From assembly GCA_949358305.1 (NCBI GenBank), contig OX442314.1, positions 21,700,001 through 21,764,000 on the forward strand: a stretch of DNA of 64,000 nucleotides, given 5' to 3'. This document shows positions 12,931 through 21,775 of the stretch, piece by piece. Origin of the DNA: Strigamia acuminata (Eukaryota). The notes under the pieces were generated by a model. The model did no database searches, was not told the DNA's origin, and saw only the letters and a list, made by a program, of their open reading frames with translations. Made by a program: the position numbers and the translations under genes. The stretch's first letter is position 1; the number at the start of each line of letters is the position of its first letter.

Positions 12931-13749
12931 TGTCGCGTCCTACTTGGTATAGGTTTAAATAGCGCTAACGTGTAATACTTTACCTGTGATCAATTATGTA
13001 AATACCCAAATGAATACCAAATGTATGTAAATAAACAGGTAATTTATTCACCAGGCTTTATGCCTTTAAAATACACTCAGTAATAATTCTAGAGTCGACG
13101 TGGTCAGCGTCGAACAAAGGATTTCTCAAGATGGCGTCGTCGATTCCGCGTGGTCGGCGGAACAAAGGCGGCGTCTCGAGTTGTCGTTAATTCGTCACGG
13201 ATTCGTCTTCACGGACGCGGTGGAATGCTCTTTCGAGTCTTCTATCCGTGCCTGTTGTCTAGGGTTTGTTTAGCGTCGCAGAGGCCTCGTCTAGGAACTT
13301 TGGGGTTCCCTACAAAGCACTCGGACACTTACTTCGGCGAATAATCGTCTGGGCGATTATTCTGGGTGATTTCACAAGGGCTATTCTCGTGCTTTCGCAG
13401 GAATAGCTCGCAAGTGACTTCGTGAGAGTTACAGTTTGTACTTTACTCAGCGATCCTCGATCAATCCTAACTTGTAGTTGAAGTTGGCCTGACGGTGAGG
13501 TAGTTGCTGTGTTCTTGGTGTCGTTTGTGTAAGTTCTGACTTTAGGCGGGAAACACAGCCTTTTATGCAGTGGGGTGAAGGGCCGGCGATCAACCAATGG
13601 GGGCTGACCACCAGCCGCTTCCTCCCCCTCGGGGCACACACCTGCCATGGGGAGGTGGAGCCAACTCGGGGGGAACGACTCTTTAATCATAGTGACTCAT
13701 AGGACAAGTATCCGCCCTGGGGGGACACTTATCCAACTGGGTCACCACA
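12931..13749 (-). repeat. 3' LTR (819 bp)
   Basis: Direct repeat of 24977-25795 with no difference seen. AATAAA on the minus strand at 13048-13043. Confidence 0.97.
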
Positions 13750-13761
13750 CGTCCCTCCTCC
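13750..13761 (-). promoter_or_regulatory. Polypurine tract
   Basis: GGAGGAGGGA-CG immediately precedes the TG of the 3' LTR on the minus strand. Confidence 0.85.
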
Positions 13762-13796
13762 AGCTTCGATCTCGGATCGGAGCGATCTCAATTTTC

Positions 13797-16700
13797 TCAT
13801 CGCTCTCCTCTGCGAAGAGCCGGCAGCACTCCTCTGCATGGGCGGAGGATCACGGGTGGCACTGCCGGTGGCGGCGGTGGTAAATCCGGGGGCAGAGAGG
13901 TTGTCAGATCCGCAGGATTTTGTCGCTCGTTGATGAAGTACTGCGGGTGACTGCCGGCTGGCTCGCCAACCAACCCCGTACGCTCATGGATCCAAATCCG
14001 GGTAGACGCGGGGAATCGATCGGGGACGAGTCGGATCCTTCGCGACTCGGCGCTCGATCCGGGTTTCCTGTGGGCCCGTAGGATACGGCGATGGAAGACG
14101 GCGTCCATGGTGGATCGGGCTTCTCTGTTTAGCCATTTGAGGATTGATTCGCCGTGATCGTCGGAGTCAATGATGCGTTGTCGCGTGAACTCCGACATCT
14201 GAAGGAAGGGGTATTCCACTCCCAGCCTCAAATAAAGCTGCGCTGCTGGGGGCGGCGGAGGCGATGGTGGGAGCGGAATCTCCATTGGGCTCTCCAACGG
14301 TGGCGTAGCCGGCTCTGCAGAGAGAGCGGCCAGCCCTGCCGCTGGTGGTGAAGGAGAGGGCAGCGGAGGAGTTCGGGGTCCTCGCTTGGAACGCTTCGGA
14401 ATCAATATGGGTCGATTCGCGTGTCGCTTCTCCTTCGGGAATACCGGCTTTGGGGTCGGTATGTATGGTTGGACCGCCGCCTCTGGGGGGGCGGTCTCGA
14501 TGGCCTGTGGAAGGCTCGCCGCCGTTCCCGGTATCTCCGGAACCTCCCGAATTGTTCGCAACAAGGAAGGGTGGACTCCGGGGTTCCGGTAGCGGAATGC
14601 TAACGAACGCATCTTTGAAAACTGTAGGCCTGGGTTTTCCGTATTTCTGGCCAGGTCGAAGCGCAGCGAGGCGGGCTCAGGAGTCCATCCGGCCCATACC
14701 TGGTACAACGCCCGAGGAAGGTGAACTCCCTCACGGTCGACGATTGTCCAGGCCGCCATAGCTTGCCGACTGTCCAAGAAGACGCCCAGGGATAGCAGCT
14801 GGGCCAGTACGTTCGTCACAGCCAAATTCAAACTGCTCCGATGGCAGGGGTGAGCGCGGTCCGGATTGTCACTGAATTGCTGTGACAACGTCCGCATCTG
14901 TTCGATCGCCCAGTTGATGTGGTGAGTTTGGGCGGCGTCGGCCTGTCGTATGGCCAACTCGGCAATCGCGGGGTTCTCGTATTCGGCCAGATATTCTTGT
15001 AACTCGCTGAGTGGGGGATAGGCCGCTTCACGCCGGCATCGAGCGTCCATCTCTCGCTGGGCGTACCATTCGGCGTTGCGATAAGGTCGACACACTCGTG
15101 GCGTTGGGGGTGACGGTGGACGGCCCAGCCCGGGTAGATTATCGTATCTGACCCGCTTCGGAGCTGGATCCCCCACCGGAATCATCCGGGGAGGGGTCCA
15201 AGCGGTCACGGCTGGGTTTGTACCCTCGAGGAGTGGCGGCCATCGCGATTGCACTTGTGGGGGCACAAGCGCGGTGGGCACAGCCGGTGTTGAGCCCGAC
15301 GGCCGGTTGGCCGCGTATCCTCGGAAGGCGTTCTTCAATGCTACGGCCAGATCCTGTTTTGTAACCGGCCCATCTTTGTCCGACTCATCTGGGGACATTT
15401 GCTCTTCCGTCAACTCTCCCAAATCAATCTCTGCTTGGCGCCTGGACGGTCCAGCCGTGGGTCCGAGACTCTGGGGTTCGGACCGTTTCGCGGCGGCCAT
15501 CTCTCGCTCCTTCTCTAATCCCTTAGCTATCAGGGATTGTGCTCGCAACTTCTGACGTACTTTGCGCTTTCGATTCCTCCGGGTGCTGGCTGCGACGGAT
15601 CTTCGTTGGGCCGTCCTCTGGGGGACGTCCGTCGGAGAATTCGGTCTCTGGTGTGATGAGACGGTTCGTCGCGACGAGGATTGATCCGACGACTGTGTGG
15701 TAATCGCCATGAACAACGAGGATCTTTTCTTTCCTCGATCTTGGTGTGTCTCGGTCCTCGCAGCCCAGTGGGCGGAAGATTCGACTGTTCGCTCAGCCCG
15801 CGCGTCGTCTGGCGAGGCAGGCTCGAGCGTTACTACTCGGCGACACTCCGAGCGCACGACAACTCGAGTTCGGGAACTGGAGCTGCTCGAGCGGCTGCGG
15901 TAGTCGCGGCTCGTTGACGGGCCGGCCTCTATTGGGGAGACGGCCTGTCTTCTTCGTGCGGGTCCGCGTGGGGCGGACTCCGCCGGACGCTTCGATCTTC
16001 TGTGATGGCGGCGACTTCCCAGGATACCAGCGTGGTATAACTGCCACATCTCAGACTGCGTGGCCGTAAAATTCGCCGGCGGTATCCATCTGGGTGTCAG
16101 ATGATCTTCTTCGATGTCGCGAAGCCATCTACGGATTTCTTCGGGGGAGAAACCGTTTCTCTCGAGAACTCGGGTTACTCCGTGAGTCTCGGTGCGCTTT
16201 AAGCGTTTGATCTCGTCGTCCACTATTCTCTGGCGGGCTGCCAAGGTCGGGGCCTCGCTCCACCTATGGGAGGTGTGCAGCTCGGCCACCGTGCCTGGGT
16301 AAGCCTCTTCCAGGTACCCGGAGTAAACGGGGCTCGGCGGATCCGCATCGGGTGGGATCCGCGGCCCCACTCGCTCCCTCATCTCCTTCGTCATGCACTC
16401 GACCAGCGTTTTTGATCGCTCGAATTTTTCCTCGAGGGTCCTGGAATACATCAATCGGATTTTCCAGGCGCTGGTCTCTGCAGGATAGGCCTGCCGCAGG
16501 TAAATCGGCAGGGCTCCGCGAAAGATGTTGTTGGCGGTTGACGCCGTCGGAGGCAGGGCGTCCCACGATTCTAGCGGGTCGACCTGAATAATTTTAGATC
16601 ACAAGATTAATATAATAAATCCCAGTTAACGATGGGGATCAGAAATATGCTCAAGATCGACGGTGGCAGCAACTCCTTTCTTTTGTTGCGGCCGTCGGTC

Positions 16701-17261
16701 TTATTTTCTTGTTTCGCAGTTCTGCGATGATCTCCGCCGTCGTAGCGCTGATCCAACACTACTTTTGAACTCAGGTGATCCGCTTTTTTGGAAGGGGTCG
16801 CAGGCAAAACCGATCGTTAAATTTTAATTTCTTACGTTAAACTTTTTTATTTTAACTCTAATCGTATTTTAATTTATTACGATGTTTAAATTTAAAAGAA
16901 AGAAAACCTTTAGTTTTGGTTTTGGTTTGCCACGACGCCATTCCGCGAACACTTCCTTTGTTCTAGTTTTTTGGCGGCCTTGACTCCGAGGTGAATCTGG
17001 GTCCACTCTCGGGTTTTTAGCCAGCCTTAAATCAACAATAAAACAGAAAGAAATATATCAGTCACAAGTCACGCTCCAATCTGGGTTGGATGCAACAGAT
17101 TCAAAGAATTATGTGATTTCTCTGGGGAAATCACACTAATTTACCTGCAGCGGCGGTTGTTCGTCCCAATTCTCATCTTCTTCTGCATTTACGATTAGGC
17201 CGTCGCTCTCGTCTCTCGACGATGCGCTCGGCTCTAATCGTGGGTTGCGTCGATCGGCCAT
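13797..17261 (-). CDS. Retrotransposon ORF3, about 967 aa, two exons (17261-17145 and 16583-13797); not env-like, function unknown
   Basis: The 885-aa ORF stays open upstream to 16598. A TTATTCAG|GTC acceptor at 16584 and a CAG|GTAAAT donor at 17144 join in phase 0 to a 39-codon exon starting gaaATGG (MADRRNPRLE...QPPLQ|VDPLESW...). Confidence 0.75.
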
Positions 17262-17638
17262 TTCAATTTAGGAAAGTGAAGTTTTTTGAGAGGTCTTTGT
17301 TTTCTCTTTGGGGAGAAGCAAAAAACACGTCTCGTCGTGTTAAAAACAGTCGGAAACTGGGCCCATCGACGCTGAGAATTGTGGGTCTCGAACGCGTCTC
17401 GTATTTTGCGAGATCCGCCGTGCTGGCAATGATGCTACGGGGTCGACCGCGTGGTTTCATTGTCACGTGGTCGCCCGATACGTCATAACTTCTCGTCTGT
17501 TAGTGGTGACTGCGACAATTCGTTGCGAAGTTTGGACTTAGCCAAATTTTCGCGTCTCAACATGTGCAGCAGCTCTCGTAAGTAAATCTTTTTATTTTAC
17601 AAGGCCTCCGCTCCATGTTATCACATTTTCTTTTATTT

Positions 17639-20600
17639 TTAGTTCTTCCCCACGACTTTGCCGTCCCGAATGAACGGATTATTGCTTCGTCGTGGTCGAA
17701 GGTTGATTTTCGACGTGCTCGTAGATCGTGACTCTACTTGCTCGTTCATCTCCGATGTGTTGGCATTTTTCTCATTATTAATTTTTTTATTTTCCATTTC
17801 AGAAGTACATTCTTCTGCTTCCTCCCTCTCCGAAATTGCTTGCTCCGGCTGAGCTGGAGCCTCGTCGGCTGGGGATTCGGCGTCGAAGAATTCATCCTCG
17901 CTCTCCGCTATATTTTCAGCTTCATTTGTTTTTTGGAACGTGTCGACCACGGTGCCCCCTTGGCCGCTGTGTGTCTGACCTTCCAGCCAAATTTCCTGTG
18001 GAAATTCTGGCAGATATGGCCTTAAATCTCGGCCATGTATCGACTGAAAATTTTTGTTGTCCTCTAAGCGGCGCAGTTGGTATGCGTTGCCTCCGTGTTC
18101 GGCCACAATTACATAGGGACCGTCCCTCTTGTCGGCTAAACCTGCGGCGATGCCCCTCGCTGCATTGGACAACGTGTGTGCCTCCTTCCACACTAGATCA
18201 TTCACTTTAAAGTTCGCGAAAGCGAGATCGCCTTCTTTATCTGCGATTCTTTCTCTCATGTTGAAAATATGCGCCATCATATGCTGGTATGTGTCGGATA
18301 TAGTCTGTTCCAACCGGCACACGTACTCGTGTGGGCTCGATGGGTCTAATACGTTAACAGCTTCGGCAACGCGTGGGTCCCATGGCATCCTTAATTCGCG
18401 GGCGAAGTTGAGGTACGCCGGTGAGAATTCGCGTGTTCTTGACACGGTTGAGCGAATGCTGAAAGCGATTTCTCGCAGGTATTCGTCCCATCGATTGTGA
18501 ATATCGGTGAATACTGTCAGCGCATATTTTATGTCTTTATTTAATCTCTCGACTGGGTTTGTCTGAGGATTATACGTGGAGGTGTTTGATGCATCCATTT
18601 TAAATTTTCTACAGAAGTCCTTATATATTCTCGATCGGAATTGGGGGCCGTTATCCGAAATGAGTTTTCTGGGAAACCCAAATCGCATTGCCACGTCGTA
18701 AAGGCACTCGACTATGTTTTCAGCCGAGGGCTTCGCGAGGGCGTACAGCTCCGGCCATCGGGTGGCCACGTCCATAATTACGAGAATATACATGTTCTTG
18801 TTTCCCGTTGTGGGCTTGGGGCCCATCAAGTCTATGCTTAAGCAGTCAAACGGTGCGTAGGGTCCGAGAGACATGGCGTTCCTGGCCACTTTATCTCGCG
18901 GTCTGCACGCTTGGCACCGGGGGCAGTGTCGGATAAATTTCGTTATCTTTTGCCGCGCGCCCGGCCAGAAGAAAAGTTGTTTTACTCGATAAAGGGTCCT
19001 CGCCACGCCAGAATGGCTGGCGAGCGGGTGTCCGTGCATCAGCCACAACAGTCGGGTGTGCAGCGATGCCGGCACGACCACTTTAACCGAGTTTCCCGCT
19101 CCGCTGAGGTCATCTTGAAACGTCGGGTGGTATTTTACCAGGAGTTCATCATCTATGAGGTAGCTTGTTGCTTCTTTGACGAACTGTTTCCGGCGGTGTG
19201 GGTTTGTCATCCCTTCCGGAAATTCGCCGTTCAGCAAATATTGCGTTATAATTTGACATTTTGTGTCTGCTGCCTGGTGTTCGACGAACTCACGTCTCGT
19301 GGGTGGAGCGTATTGTGTTTTTTCTTCAATTTTTGCTGTGAAGGCGCGTAGTAGTGTTTTGTGGGTTTCTCCGGGGGGCGGAGATTGAATTTCGGATGTT
19401 GAATTGTTTGTCCCAGCTGGCTGGTATGTTCGAGTCCAAAAACCACAAAACGTTCTATCTTCAGGCTCCATCACTGGTAGCTCGTTCGCCTTTCGCAAAC
19501 GCCATATTCTCCGTGGAGTCGGGCAGTACAAGAGGTGGGTGTCGTCCTCGCCGTCGTCGTCTGGTCCTTGGGGGTCAGAGGCTGGGGCTCTCGAGAGGGC
19601 GTCGGCCACATGATTGTACTTCCCGGGGCGGTACGTAATTGTTATATCGCACGCCATTAACTCCAGTTGCCATCGTGCGAGTCGGCCGGAGGGTTCCTTG
19701 AGCTTCATCAACCAGCTTAGTGCCTGGTGATCTGTCTGAACCTCGAAGTTCGTGTACTCCAGATAGTCGCGAAATTTCCGAACTGCCCAAATTACGGCTA
19801 GGCATTCTAGTTCCGTTGCCGTATAATTTTTCTCCGCGCCCTGTATTTTTCTGCTTATAAACATACAGGGTACTTCTTGCGAGATTCCGTTGTACACGTG
19901 GGTCTGCAGAAGGGCTGCACCCAGTCCGATTTTACTCGCGTCGGTGTGCAACACGAACGGTCGGTTTAGGTCCGGCAATGGCATCTTTTCGACGTCAGCC
20001 AGCATTTGCTTGATAGTGCTAAATGCGGCCTCGCACTGGACCGTCCACTCAAACTCTTTATCCGTTCGTAAGAGATCCGTTATAGGCGCGGCCACTTCAG
20101 CCAGACCAGAGAGTAGTCGGCCGAAGAAATTAACCATGCCCATGAATCTCTGGACACCTTTTATATCTTCGGGGGCGGGGAATCCGTTTATTGCTTTGAC
20201 TTTTTCGGGGTCAATCGCGATTCCCTCGACTCCTATTCGATATCCTAGGAAGGCAAGCTCTTTCCTGCAAAACTTGCTCTTCCCTGGATGGATGTGGAGT
20301 CCTGCCTTGGCTAGGCGAGAGACCACTCTATCGATGTGGTCTATATGTTCTTCGAATGTGTCCGACGTTATTATGATGTCGTCGAGATACGCCCACACGA
20401 AGTCGTGCAGCATATCTCCCAACACGCTTTCGATCAGTTTCTGGAACGTGCTCGGGGCGTTTACAAGCCCGAACGGCATCACGTTGAACATTAGTCTTCC
20501 TATCGGGGAGTAGAAAGCCGTTTTCAGTTTGTCTTCGGGTTTTAGCTCCACTTGCCAATACCCCTTTGACAGGTCCATGGTGGTTACCCACTTGAACGGG

Positions 20601-21775
20601 CTCAGTTCCCGGAGGATCGAGTCTATAGACGGCATCTGAATCGGGTCTATAACCGTTATCGCGTTCAGGGGGCGATAATCAATGCATAGTCGAGGTTCCG
20701 AGCCTGGACGCATCACCAGGACGATCCGCATGGCGTATTCGCCCAGGGCTTGCGTTACTATGCCCTTGTCGAGCATGTCTTGGCACATTTGCGTCACGAT
20801 GTCTCTTTTCTGGGGGTTCATCCCCTTGTAAGGCACTCGAATCGGCTTGTCTGTGGTTAAGACTATTTCGTGTGTTGCTTCCGTCGTTCGACCAGGTGTC
20901 TTGGTCAGAATTCTTTCATGCTTTCGAAGCACTCGCCTTAGTAGCGATGCCTCGTTAACACGCAGTGCTGCCTCCTCGACCAGGGTGTCCACGACGTTAC
21001 TCCTCTGTAATTCCAGAGTGAAGGCTGCGAAATCGTAATCTTGGACGAATTTTCGCAATCCTCTTCCGTATTCCTCTTTGTCCTTGGCTTCGTCCAGTAA
21101 TTTTTGGGGAACTACGGGGACTGACCGTTCTCCCTCGGGACTTATCCAGTTCCATGAACGGGTTATCGGGTTTGGCTGAATCTTCAGTTTCGCCATGATG
21201 TCCATCCCTAGGAGGAATACTTTGTCGTGGGATGGCAAGACTATGAAGGGGTGGGACAGGTTCCCCCCCGTCCAGTCGATCATGATGCGAACTACGCCCT
21301 TCGGCTTGACGTAGCCGTTGGCGGTGAGCAATTCTACGTTCGCGTTCACTTGTGCCACCTTTTTTTCAATATCCAAGTCCTTTACTATATCTTCGGATAT
21401 GAATGAACGATCTGCTCCTGAATCCAGCAGACCGAACAATTTTTGGTTTTCGATCTCCACTGGCAGCATACACAGAGTTTCGCAATGTGTTTTCGTGACA
21501 TTGCAGTGAAAAACGCGTAATGTTTGGGGCTCAACCTCCAGATTGAACGGGAGGTCCGTCCAATCTATGTCGACCTCCGGCTTCGTTCTCACTTGCATAC
21601 TTGTCAGCGTCACTGTTTCTTCCTTCTTCGGAATGGTCTGCATGCGATCTTTGATCTGTGCCTCTGCCAAGGCATGACCTGCGGGTCCAGTGTGATATTT
21701 CTTCTTTTTAATTTCCGCGGCTGGCGCAGACGAAGCTGAATTTATTTCGGCGACGCCTGCGCTTGGGAGTTTTTT
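17639..21775 (-). CDS. pol: pol (protease, RT, RNase H, integrase with GPY/F motif), expressed as Gag-Pol by -1 frameshift
   Basis: Motifs LLDSGAD, YLDD, HTDAS, H-x6-H...CxxC zinc finger, D-D-E (IDLMGP, SDNGPQF, PVERLN) and DGPYV. The frame is open from 21781 with no early ATG (the ORF track starts at TTG). Confidence 0.97.
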   Translation of the reverse strand, partial: KKLPSAGVAEINSASSAPAAEIKKKKYHTGPAGHALAEAQIKDRMQTIPKKEETVTLTSMQVRTKPEVDIDWTDLPFNLEVEPQTLRVFHCNVTKTHCETLCMLPVEIENQKLFGLLDSGADRSFISEDIVKDLDIEKKVAQVNANVELLTANGYVKPKGVVRIMIDWTGGNLSHPFIVLPSHDKVFLLGMDIMAKLKIQPNPITRSWNWISPEGERSVPVVPQKLLDEAKDKEEYGRGLRKFVQDYDFAAFTLELQRSNVVDTLVEEAALRVNEASLLRRVLRKHERILTKTPGRTTEATHEIVLTTDKPIRVPYKGMNPQKRDIVTQMCQDMLDKGIVTQALGEYAMRIVLVMRPGSEPRLCIDYRPLNAITVIDPIQMPSIDSILRELSPFKWVTTMDLSKGYWQVELKPEDKLKTAFYSPIGRLMFNVMPFGLVNAPSTFQKLIESVLGDMLHDFVWAYLDDIIITSDTFEEHIDHIDRVVSRLAKAGLHIHPGKSKFCRKELAFLGYRIGVEGIAIDPEKVKAINGFPAPEDIKGVQRFMGMVNFFGRLLSGLAEVAAPITDLLRTDKEFEWTVQCEAAFSTIKQMLADVEKMPLPDLNRPFVLHTDASKIGLGAALLQTHVYNGISQEVPCMFISRKIQGAEKNYTATELECLAVIWAVRKFRDYLEYTNFEVQTDHQALSWLMKLKEPSGRLARWQLELMACDITITYRPGKYNHVADALSRAPASDPQGPDDDGEDDTHLLYCPTPRRIWRLRKANELPVMEPEDRTFCGFWTRTYQPAGTNNSTSEIQSPPPGETHKTLLRAFTAKIEEKTQYAPPTRREFVEHQAADTKCQIITQYLLNGEFPEGMTNPHRRKQFVKEATSYLIDDELLVKYHPTFQDDLSGAGNSVKVVVPASLHTRLLWLMHGHPLASHSGVARTLYRVKQLFFWPGARQKITKFIRHCPRCQACRPRDKVARNAMSLGPYAPFDCLSIDLMGPKPTTGNKNMYILVIMDVATRWPELYALAKPSAENIVECLYDVAMRFGFPRKLISDNGPQFRSRIYKDFCRKFKMDASNTSTYNPQTNPVERLNKDIKYALTVFTDIHNRWDEYLREIAFSIRSTVSRTREFSPAYLNFARELRMPWDPRVAEAVNVLDPSSPHEYVCRLEQTISDTYQHMMAHIFNMRERIADKEGDLAFANFKVNDLVWKEAHTLSNAARGIAAGLADKRDGPYVIVAEHGGNAYQLRRLEDNKNFQSIHGRDLRPYLPEFPQEIWLEGQTHSGQGGTVVDTFQKTNEAENIAESEDEFFDAESPADEAPAQPEQAISEREEAEECTSEMENKKINNEKNANTSEMNEQVESRSTSTSKINLRPRRSNNPFIRDGKVVGKN
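21724..21775 (-). promoter_or_regulatory. Programmed -1 ribosomal frameshift signal (A AAA AAC + 6-nt spacer + 9-bp stem)
   Basis: Heptamer at 21775-21769 in the gag frame. Stem GCGCAGGCG (21762-21754) pairs with CGTCTGCGC (21732-21724). pol is in the -1 frame and overlaps gag only across 21781-21742. Confidence 0.9.

Noticed and set aside
13150..13690. Short ORFs in the LTRs (repeated at 25196-25736)
   Set aside because: They recur only because the LTRs are identical, and they show no recognisable motifs.
13797..16454. ORF3 as an env gene (errantivirus)
   Set aside because: No signal peptide, no transmembrane segment and no Cys-rich ectodomain pattern. The composition is basic and Pro/Ser-rich.
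13361..20814. Other TCTGGG occurrences at 13361, 15388, 16089 and 20809
   Set aside because: Flanking pairing is 2 bp or less, so they were not counted as hairpins.
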